Below are positions 41,452-48,708 of a stretch of DNA of 64,000 nt, piece by piece. The position numbers and the translations under genes were made by a program. Source of the DNA: Lysobacterales bacterium (GTDB taxonomy: Bacteria; Pseudomonadota; Gammaproteobacteria; Xanthomonadales; SZUA-36); the NCBI GenBank assembly GCA_033791845.1, contig JASJFX010000095.1:21855-85854 (forward strand). Direction: 5' to 3'. The notes under the pieces were generated by a model. It saw nothing but the letters and a program-made list of their open reading frames with translations, did no database searches and was not told the DNA's origin. How positions within the stretch are numbered: the first letter of the stretch is position 1; each line of letters opens with the position of its first letter.

Positions 41452-43356
41452 TTGACCACCGAAAAACAAACAGAAGAACAGCGCAAAGATGATCTGGAAC
41501 GACTCCAGAGGCTGCTGCTCGGGGACGATCACAGTCGTCTGAACCTGCTGGATAAAAGGGTATCGGATTTTGAAAGCCGCTCAAACGATGTTGCCGAAGT
41601 TCTACCGGACGCCTTTGAACGCATAGCCAACGATCCCGTGCTCGAAGCCGAGCTTGAAAAACCGATGATGCGTACCATCCGTGCATCAATCAAGCGTGAC
41701 GCACCGGCATTCGCGGAGTACCTGTTTCCCGTCATGGGCCCGGCCATTCGCCGAGCAGTCGCCGATGCGCTGAAATCACTGGTTCAACGTATCAACGTTG
41801 CCATGGAGAACAGTTTTACGATCAAGGGACTACGTTGGCGCCTGGAAGCAGCGCGCACCGGTGTGCCATTCGCGCAGATCGTTCTGCGCCACACAATGCG
41901 TTTTGCTGTACAGGAGGTTTTCCTGATCGCCCGCGACACAGGCCTGGTGCTGGCACACGCGCACCGCGATGAAAACCTGGTGCTGGATGAGGATGCGGTG
42001 GCAGCCATGCTGACTGCAATCCAGTCTTTTATTCAGGATTCGCTAGGTATGAGTTCAGACGATCCGCTTCGCAGTGCTGAATTGGGCAACCGGACCTTGT
42101 GGGTGATCAATGGGCCGGAGGCGATTTTAGCCTGTGTCATCAGTGGCTCTCCACCACGTGCCCTGCGTGACGAACTAATGGCACTGCTGGAATCCATCCA
42201 TGCACGCTATGGCGAGCGTTTCACTGAAAACAACGATACGTTTGCAAAAGACATCGGCCTGCGTGTGCTGATGCAACAATCACTGCGGGAAGAACTGGAT
42301 GATCAGCAGGCAGTCAGCAAGCGTGGTAAAGCATACATCTACTGGGCGATAGCAATTTCGCTGCTGATCGCCCTGGTGGCATGGAAATCGTGGCAGGAGT
42401 ACCAGCAGCGCGAGTTCGAATCCCGGGTCGTTGAGCTGTTCAAAAGCCAGCCGGGTTACGTTGTATCGTCTAGTCGCCGGCAAAACGGCATCCTGCTCAT
42501 CGATGGTTTGCGAGATCCGGGCACAGCCACACCCGTCAGCTTACTCAATGACCAGGGACTCACAGATCAGGGTCTTCAGTTTCGATTTAAACCTTTCCTG
42601 TCACTCGAGCCCGGCCTGACTTTGAAAAACCTGCGTACATCAATGGGGCTGACAGATTCCACAGGTCTCGCACTGAACGGCGGTACCCTGCTGGTTGATG
42701 GTGCTCTTAGCGGTAACCAGGCAGAGAGACTGACAAGACTGGCTGGCGTCCATCCGCTGATCAATGCTGTTGACCTATCCGGCACCAGTCTGAGCGGGGA
42801 AGAGGCGTTACAACTTGCCCGCATACAGCTCGGTGCACCTGACTCCGTGGAGATGACACCGGTCGATGGACGTATCGCGGTTTCCGGGAAATCAAGTGTT
42901 AGCTGGTATCTTGAAAAATCCGGAACCCCGCAGGTATTCGGCGGTTGGAAAGTCGATTTCGGACCCTTGCTCGGGGAGTTAAAGAACGCTGTGCGCACCA
43001 GCGTCGGCCAACTGGACGGTACTGAAGTTTTCTTCATGCAAAGGGATCGCCTGTCACCTGAATCCACGTTGACCCTCGATGCGTTTGCACAGCAGTTGTC
43101 AGGGTTGCAGAATGCTTCCACCCCTTTGGGTATTGACCTGACGATTACACTGGTTGGCCATGTTGATGGAATCGGTACCGCCCAACAGAATGAACAAACC
43201 TCCCGCAAACGCGTGAAAGTGGTGCGGGACAGCCTAATTAGCGCTGGTGTTGACCCGCAACATATCCAATCCGAGCATCCGGCCTGGAGTAGCGGCAATG
43301 AGAACCTTTCGCAACGCCGGGTTACGGTTCGGGTAACAGGGAAAGATCGCTCATGA
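41452..43356 (+). CDS. Bitopic inner-membrane protein: cytoplasmic Roadblock/LC7-like region, one TM, periplasmic BON-like repeats and an OmpA/MotB-like peptidoglycan-binding C-terminus (TTG start behind GAGG)
   Basis: aa ~150-255 VQEVFLIARDTGLVLAHAHRDE..DEDAVAAMLTAIQSFIQDSLG..LGNRTLWVINGPEAILACVISG (Roadblock-like pattern, judged by eye). TM at aa 293-312 (AYIYWAIAISLLIALVAW). BON-like segment GGTLLVDGALSGNQAERLTRLAGVHPLINAVDL. OmpA-like segment ITLVGHVDGIGTAQQNEQTSRKRVKVVRDSLISAGV...QRRVTVRV. Confidence 0.6.
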   Translation: MTTEKQTEEQRKDDLERLQRLLLGDDHSRLNLLDKRVSDFESRSNDVAEVLPDAFERIANDPVLEAELEKPMMRTIRASIKRDAPAFAEYLFPVMGPAIRRAVADALKSLVQRINVAMENSFTIKGLRWRLEAARTGVPFAQIVLRHTMRFAVQEVFLIARDTGLVLAHAHRDENLVLDEDAVAAMLTAIQSFIQDSLGMSSDDPLRSAELGNRTLWVINGPEAILACVISGSPPRALRDELMALLESIHARYGERFTENNDTFAKDIGLRVLMQQSLREELDDQQAVSKRGKAYIYWAIAISLLIALVAWKSWQEYQQREFESRVVELFKSQPGYVVSSSRRQNGILLIDGLRDPGTATPVSLLNDQGLTDQGLQFRFKPFLSLEPGLTLKNLRTSMGLTDSTGLALNGGTLLVDGALSGNQAERLTRLAGVHPLINAVDLSGTSLSGEEALQLARIQLGAPDSVEMTPVDGRIAVSGKSSVSWYLEKSGTPQVFGGWKVDFGPLLGELKNAVRTSVGQLDGTEVFFMQRDRLSPESTLTLDAFAQQLSGLQNASTPLGIDLTITLVGHVDGIGTAQQNEQTSRKRVKVVRDSLISAGVDPQHIQSEHPAWSSGNENLSQRRVTVRVTGKDRS

Positions 43357-43856
43357 GGACCGCCAAGGTGTGTATGGTCGGTGCTTTCGGGGTAGGCAAG
43401 ACCAGCCTTGTCCGGCGATACATTCACCAGCAATTCGACGAGTCTTACCACACGACCCTCGGGGTCAAAATTGATACGCGTGTCGTCGACAATATTGAGA
43501 AACCCATCAAGCTGGTGTTGTGGGACATGGAAGGCGCTGACCCGTTTGAGAAAGATAAACGTCCACTGGCACGTATCCGTAGCTATATGAAAGGTGCGCA
43601 TGGACTCATTCTGGTGGCTGATGGCACGCGCCCTGCAACCGTTAAAACCGCATTGGGTCTGTACCATGACTTTTGCCGGGAATTCCAATACGTGCCGGCC
43701 ATTATGCTGGCCAACAAGGCCGATCTCACGGCCGAGTGGCGATTTGACGACTCGGTTATGCCCGATGCCCTCACGCTTTACCATACCAGCGCGCTCAATG
43801 GCCAGAATATCGATGCCGCATTCACTGCGCTGGGCAAAGCATTGTCTGAGTTATGA
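43353..43856 (+). CDS. Ras/Rab-like small GTPase (prokaryotic Ras superfamily member)
   Basis: G1 GAFGVGKT (aa 10-17), switch I HTTLGV, G3 WDMEG followed by A rather than Q, G4 NKAD (aa 121-124), G5 SAL (aa 146-148). Alignable by eye along its length with eukaryotic Rab1/Ypt1. ATGA overlaps join it to both neighbouring genes. Confidence 0.8.
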   Translation: [167 protein letters not shown]

Positions 43857-45373
43857 AGAGAGTCAGCCAGAGAGCCGCCCATTACATCAGGGACGAATTA
43901 CTCAAGCGTGAGCACTTCATCGTGATAGCACTGGATGCACGACAGAACATTCTCTCAGTTAACCGCTCCACTCCCGACTGGAAGCTGCCCGGTCTGATCC
44001 GTGGTTCCGTTCTGCCCGATACGCTTAGTTCATTGCTTGGTGCTGCCGTCGGGAGTGACGATCCGGTCGTGTTTTCTTATGTTGAGTTTGAAGGATATTT
44101 CGTAGACATACATGTACTTGGCAATGAAGCGTCTGCCGACCTCGTTTTACATGACGTAACAGAGGCACATGAACAGGAGCAAACCCTACAACAGCGGGCC
44201 CATGAGAATAGCCTGTTGTCTGAACAACGTGCGGCACTCAACTCGGAACTCGCAGAGCTCAACCAGGAGTTATTCTTGCGGCGTCAACAGGCTGAAAAGG
44301 CGAGTACCGCCAAAAGCCGTTTTATCGCCTCCATGTCCCATGAGTTTCGCTCACCCATTGCCTCCATCATGGGGTATGCCGATCTGTTGCGGACCGAATT
44401 ACCTGATTCGGAAAACCCACTAGCCCTGCAGCGGGCATCGTGGCACTTACTGACCCTGGTGGAAAATCTGCTCGAACAGGCCCGCGAAGGCGATGAGAGC
44501 GTGAAACTCAACCCGACCCGCTTCAGCCTCGACCGCCTGGTGGACGACATCGATGCCTTGTTTCGAACACAAGCAACCGCGAAAGCTCTTGATCTTGAAA
44601 CAAGATCATCACCGGGGAAAATCGAGGTCGAGTGTGATGAACTGCGGCTCCGGCAGATACTGATCAACCTGGTCAGCAATGCCTTGCGATATACGCAACA
44701 AGGCCAGATCAGTGTTCACGTCAAACACCATGAAGACAAGCTTTACATTCGAGTGCGTGACTCGGGTCAGGGTATCGCAGCCGAGGACATTGAGAGAATA
44801 TTTGAACCATTCACGCGGGTTGGTGAAAGTAACACCTCGGGTGCGGGCCTGGGGCTCACGATAACACGCCAGTTGATCAATCGCATGGGTGGAAAGCTCA
44901 AAGTCGAGAGCAAACCAGGCGTCGGCAGCGAGTTTCGAGCAGATATTCCGTGCCCGAGGGCACAGGATGAACATAAGGAGCCACCCCAACTGGCCGGAAC
45001 CCTGCTTTGGGTAGATGATGATCAGGATATCCTGTCTCTTTACCAACTGATGCTTGAGGGTTGGGGTTTACACGTGCTAACTGCCAGTAGTGTCACCCAG
45101 GCAAAGGACATGATAAACCGCCACAATTTTCCGGTTGTCGTAACGGACATGCATTTGACGGATGGCGACGGACTCGAGTTATTCAACTACTTCAAAACGA
45201 CACAGCCCGATATCGTGGGTATCATAATTTCCGGTTCCGGTTTCGTTGACCTGCCACTGGAGGCCGCCGCTAGCGGGATTCGTGCTTTTTTGCAAAAACC
45301 ATTGGATGCGGATGTACTTTATACCGAGATTGCTGCAGCATTTGCCGGAGGTTCACCTGGTCAATCTGTCTGA
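43853..45373 (+). CDS. Soluble hybrid sensor histidine kinase (N-terminal PAS-like region, coiled coil, HisKA, HATPase_c, REC)
   Basis: H-box SMSHEFRSPIASIMGY, N-box LINLVSNALRYT, G-boxes VRDSGQGI and GAGLGLTI. Receiver: LLWVDDDQD...VVVTDMHLTDGDG...FLQKPL. No TM segments are present. Confidence 0.88.
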   Translation: MKRVSQRAAHYIRDELLKREHFIVIALDARQNILSVNRSTPDWKLPGLIRGSVLPDTLSSLLGAAVGSDDPVVFSYVEFEGYFVDIHVLGNEASADLVLHDVTEAHEQEQTLQQRAHENSLLSEQRAALNSELAELNQELFLRRQQAEKASTAKSRFIASMSHEFRSPIASIMGYADLLRTELPDSENPLALQRASWHLLTLVENLLEQAREGDESVKLNPTRFSLDRLVDDIDALFRTQATAKALDLETRSSPGKIEVECDELRLRQILINLVSNALRYTQQGQISVHVKHHEDKLYIRVRDSGQGIAAEDIERIFEPFTRVGESNTSGAGLGLTITRQLINRMGGKLKVESKPGVGSEFRADIPCPRAQDEHKEPPQLAGTLLWVDDDQDILSLYQLMLEGWGLHVLTASSVTQAKDMINRHNFPVVVTDMHLTDGDGLELFNYFKTTQPDIVGIIISGSGFVDLPLEAAASGIRAFLQKPLDADVLYTEIAAAFAGGSPGQSV

Positions 45374-45698
45374 ACAAGCACAAAAACTGATTGCCAAACA
45401 GCGGCGCCGGTATATTGAAAGCATGCCTGACAAGCGCGAGGTGATCTACCAGTGCATGGCACAAGTCAGCAACGCAGTGAGCAGCGGAGAAGGGGGTCTG
45501 TGCGACAAGCTCTTCCAACAGGTCCACCACCTGGCGGGGTCTGCAGGTAGTTACGGTTTTGAATCTCTGGGTGAGGCAGCCTCGGTTGTAGATCGCTATC
45601 TTATCGCCAATTCACCCAGGGTAATTGATTTGCCAGAATTGGAGTCTCTGCTTCAAAATTTGCTCGACGAGATTGATGACATCATCCAAAAAAGCTGA
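45306..45698 (+). CDS. Hpt (histidine phosphotransfer) protein; start codon unresolved
   Basis: Hpt motif FQQVHHLAGSAGSYGFESLGEAA. The in-frame ATGs at 45306/45312 overlap the kinase 3' end. The next ATG (45423) would truncate helix 1. GGAGG at 45347-45351 is followed only by CTG at 45357. Confidence 0.65.
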   Translation: MRMYFIPRLLQHLPEVHLVNLSEQAQKLIAKQRRRYIESMPDKREVIYQCMAQVSNAVSSGEGGLCDKLFQQVHHLAGSAGSYGFESLGEAASVVDRYLIANSPRVIDLPELESLLQNLLDEIDDIIQKS

Positions 45699-45729
45699 TG
45701 ATGTATCGTTCGACCAGGACCGGTTGAAA

Positions 45730-46002
45730 TTACCAACCCCATGGTTTCTGGATGATACCCGCGTTGACGGCGGAGCTTCTGCGGGCCATTGTCATGGACC
45801 TTTCAGCCGGCTTGAAACGTGACCCGTGGGCCGGCAAACCAGCATGGCTTTTCCTTTTCCCTCTATGGGGCCGGAACTGTTTCTGCGGTGAACCTGCCAC
45901 CGCCTCTTTTACCACGCCCGAGGTAGAGTGAAACTGAATAGCCCGCACCAACAAATACGCAACACCGAGCGTGACCAATAACAAACCTGCGTACAATTCC
46001 AT
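45730..46002 (-). CDS. Possible small (90-aa) membrane-anchored basic protein
   Basis: ATG (complement of 46000-46002) lies 6 nt after AGGAG. N-terminus MELYAGLLLVTLGVAYLLVRAI is TM-like, followed by a Lys/Arg/His-rich tail. No recognisable family. Confidence 0.3.
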   Translation of the reverse strand: MELYAGLLLVTLGVAYLLVRAIQFHSTSGVVKEAVAGSPQKQFRPHRGKRKSHAGLPAHGSRFKPAERSMTMARRSSAVNAGIIQKPWGW

Positions 46003-46315
46003 ATCAATCTCCTGTATACCGGCCATGGATAAACTGCCGGACATGTTGTTTACCGTTTCTGGAGACCAAGTAGCCATGCGGGGAGCATATGACCACTATT
46101 CCTTGTCTGATACCTTTACATTTCCAACAAAAAGGTCGACCTTCCGCTGGTGTGAATTCCGCCGCGCGTCCTTGCTACTGGAGTTAAGGGTCCTTTCCAT
46201 ACGCCTTGGGAGGGGGGTAGCGATGGCCAGTGTTTCCTTCACTGGATGGAAAGGACTTGCTGATAAATTACCACTTGAAGCAAAGAAATTCTGTTACAGA
46301 TTGTAAAATAAAAAC

Positions 46316-46354
46316 CTGCGTCAACTTGACGCAGACGCTTTGTAGGAGTATAAA
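46316..46354 (+). promoter_or_regulatory. Near-consensus sigma70 promoter whose -35 lies inside a perfect 9-1-9 palindrome
   Basis: -35 TTGACG (46326-46331), a 17-nt spacer, then -10 TATAAA (46349-54; alternatively TAAAAT at 46351-56). The palindrome CTGCGTCAA-C-TTGACGCAG spans 46316-46334. Confidence 0.45.
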
Positions 46355-46360
46355 ATGCGC

Positions 46361-46454
46361 AACCATCCTGTTGGGGCTTGCCAAATAACTATAACGAATG
46401 ACAAAACCAATAATAGAACACAGGAATGTAAGCGGCTTCGGCCGCTTTTTTCTT
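46361..46454 (+). ncRNA. Candidate ~90-nt small RNA or terminator-containing 5' leader of the downstream gene
   Basis: It begins about 7 nt after the -10 element. It ends at the hairpin AAGCGGC-UUCG-GCCGCUU followed by UUUUCUU (46430-46454), 25 nt before the ATG at 46479. Confidence 0.3.
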
Positions 46455-46478
46455 GCCTGAGGAACCCCTGACCTTTTC

Positions 46479-47204
46479 ATGATCTATCCCAATCTTCCCA
46501 AGTGGCAACTTATCGCTGTACCCGCCGTGAGCATTGCTCTGGGTATTTTCTATTTTGGAAAATATTTCGTGGTCGATGAATTGCTTTACGCCAACTACCA
46601 GATAGAAGCCTTACAAGGGGACCTGCAAGTTGCACTTGATCAACTGGCCGCAGAGCGGTCACGTTCAACCGTGGCCGAACGGGAAGCCGATGTGGTCCGG
46701 CGCGCGAATTCACTGTTACGGGCATCGGAACGGGAACGTCAGGATGAAATTGCCGGCTTGGAGGCTGACCTGGAGTTTTACCGCCGGCTTGGAGGCGCCA
46801 ATGGCGCACAGGCCCCATTAAGCGTGCACCACGTTCAACTACAGGCAACACAATCGCCACGGGTTTACCGCATCATGTTCAGCCTGACACAGAACCTGCG
46901 CTGGGCTGCCGTCATTTCGGGGCAAATTCAACTGGGTGTCGATGGTATTCGCGGCGATGTTGCCGAACATCTCACCAATGAGCAACTACTGGCTGAATCC
47001 GTTGAACCTTTGGTTTTCAAGTTCAAGCACTTTCAGCAACTCGAACGTCTGATAACACTGCCGGAAGGTTTCGAAGCAAGCAAGCTAACCATACAACTCA
47101 AATCAAGCAGTCTTAGAACACCCGTCGAGCAGTCGATGGAGTGGCACAGTCTCTTTAACCAGATGACAACCGACCCGCCGGCAGACGAAGTGCCGGTGTC
47201 ATAG
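46479..47204 (+). CDS. Membrane-anchored coiled-coil protein of unknown function
   Basis: N-terminal TM (LIAVPAVSIALGIFYFG), a coiled coil (EALQGDLQVALDQLAAERSR...), and a beta-rich C-terminal half. It lies upstream of erpA. Confidence 0.6.
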   Translation: MIYPNLPKWQLIAVPAVSIALGIFYFGKYFVVDELLYANYQIEALQGDLQVALDQLAAERSRSTVAEREADVVRRANSLLRASERERQDEIAGLEADLEFYRRLGGANGAQAPLSVHHVQLQATQSPRVYRIMFSLTQNLRWAAVISGQIQLGVDGIRGDVAEHLTNEQLLAESVEPLVFKFKHFQQLERLITLPEGFEASKLTIQLKSSSLRTPVEQSMEWHSLFNQMTTDPPADEVPVS

Positions 47205-47285
47205 TTCCAGTGTCACGGTGTAATGATTGAAAAAACCAAGCCGAACCGCCATAGTTAATACATCGAAGGACAAATAGAAAACCGC

Positions 47286-47633
47286 ATGCAAAATCAGATA
47301 CCAACAGACCTCATTAAGTTTACCGATGCCGCTGCCAGAAAAGTGATGGAACTGATCATGGAGGAGCATAATCCGGAGCTTAAACTACGTGTCTACATCT
47401 CCGGTGGTGGTTGCTCCGGCTTTCAGTACGGCTTTACGTTTGATGAGAATGGCGGTGATGACGATATCGCCATCATGAACGAGGGTGTAACACTTCTTGT
47501 TGACCCCCTGAGCTATCAATACCTGATGGGCGCTGAAGTAGATTACAGCGAAAACTTACAAGGCGCACAGTTTGTTATTCGTAACCCCAATGCCGCGACA
47601 ACCTGTGGTTGTGGCTCTTCTTTTTCTATTTGA
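47286..47633 (+). CDS. erpA: Iron-sulfur cluster insertion protein ErpA (A-type carrier)
   Basis: [21 protein letters not shown]...[16 protein letters not shown]. Confidence 0.92.
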   Translation: MQNQIPTDLIKFTDAAARKVMELIMEEHNPELKLRVYISGGGCSGFQYGFTFDENGGDDDIAIMNEGVTLLVDPLSYQYLMGAEVDYSENLQGAQFVIRNPNAATTCGCGSSFSI

Positions 47634-47653
47634 AATCAATTAAAGCAGCCGGT

Positions 47654-48619
47654 ATGGACCACCTGGCACGCTCGAGACGAAACCAATTTACCGCTGTTCG
47701 CCTCAACCGGGAAGTCGAGCTTCGCGATGATACACAGTGGGCAGCTAAAACACTCACCGATCCCAACACGCGCCTGGTACCTCTTTGGCGCAGCCGTAGC
47801 CTGCTGGAGCGTAAGACCGGGGGCACCATCGCGGTTTACCTGTCGCCGGCAGAACTCATTGAACCGGACCGCATTCAGCCGCCCACGTTGCTGGGTAACG
47901 ATGGCAAACATCAGTATTTTGCTGCATCCATTACGGATAATCAGAAAGATGCCATCCTGGCGAAACTCCCTGATGCCGAGTTCGCTGATCTGCGCAGGGC
48001 CTCCATTGATATGGCTGCCAAACATGCCGGCATACTCGCCTATGCCAAGGCTCTGCACTACTGGCAATACCGCCACGCGTTCTGCGGTATATGCGGCAGC
48101 CCCAACCTGTTGCGTTCAGCGGGTCACCGTATGATATGCAGCAATGAGGAATGTGCACGCGAATCTTTCCCGCGAATTGATCCGGCCATCATCGTACTGG
48201 TAACCCATGGGGATTCCTGTCTGTTGGGTCGAAATGTCAAGTGGCGGCCCAAACACTTTTCTACCCTGGCCGGCTTCGTGGAACCGGGTGAAAGCCTGGA
48301 AGATGCAGTCGTTCGGGAAGTTTATGAAGAAGTCCAGGTGAATTTGAAAGATATCCGCTATGTCTCATCACAACCCTGGCCTTTTCCGGCCTCTGCGATG
48401 TGTGGATTCTATGCAGAGGCGGTTGACCGCAACAGCGGTAGCAGCGAAGAAGTCGACGAAGCACGGTGGTTTACCGTGGAATCCCTGGCGCAAGCGGTCA
48501 TCGCAGATGAGATCCGTCTCTCACCCCCGGTATCTATTGCTTTCCGGTTGCTGGCTGACTGGTTTCGAAACAATGGCGGCGGAAACCTGGAAGAACTGGT
48601 CCGCCGGCAGCGGCAATGA
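47654..48619 (+). CDS. nudC: NAD(+) diphosphatase / NADH pyrophosphatase NudC
   Basis: Zinc ribbon CGICGSP...CSNEEC followed by the NUDIX box GFVEPGESLEDAVVREVYEEVQV. The ATG at 47654 is preferred because the upstream extension overlaps erpA. Confidence 0.85.
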   Translation: MDHLARSRRNQFTAVRLNREVELRDDTQWAAKTLTDPNTRLVPLWRSRSLLERKTGGTIAVYLSPAELIEPDRIQPPTLLGNDGKHQYFAASITDNQKDAILAKLPDAEFADLRRASIDMAAKHAGILAYAKALHYWQYRHAFCGICGSPNLLRSAGHRMICSNEECARESFPRIDPAIIVLVTHGDSCLLGRNVKWRPKHFSTLAGFVEPGESLEDAVVREVYEEVQVNLKDIRYVSSQPWPFPASAMCGFYAEAVDRNSGSSEEVDEARWFTVESLAQAVIADEIRLSPPVSIAFRLLADWFRNNGGGNLEELVRRQRQ

Positions 48620-48708
48620 CTGTTCCAGCAACAACCTGTTAGAATAAAGTGGTTAAATCCATTGGTTTCTGTAAGCGGCAAGCAAAGATCTAAAAAAGGC
48701 TCGGGTCA

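Noticed and set aside
42412-42426. tRNA T-arm-like string GAGTTCGAATCCCGG
   Set aside because: It lies inside the membrane-protein CDS (encoding REFESRV). No acceptor stem, D-arm or anticodon arm can be built around it.
42576-43784. 402-aa minus-strand ORF spanning the OmpA-like and GTPase genes
   Set aside because: It lies antisense to two genes whose sense frames carry clear family motifs (GHVD...RRV; GxxxxGKT, NKAD). Its product is Ser/Arg/Pro/Cys-rich with no motifs, which is typical of an antisense shadow frame.
46355-46471. 38-codon ORF (MRNHPVGACQ...) inside the candidate sRNA/leader
   Set aside because: Its ATG sits immediately after the -10 element with no ribosome-binding site, and it reads through the terminator hairpin. 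A leader-peptide role cannot be supported from the sequence alone.
46268-46480. 70-aa minus-strand ORF in the gap upstream of 46479
   Set aside because: It runs through both the palindrome/promoter and the plus-strand terminator hairpin. It has no Shine-Dalgarno sequence and its composition is odd.
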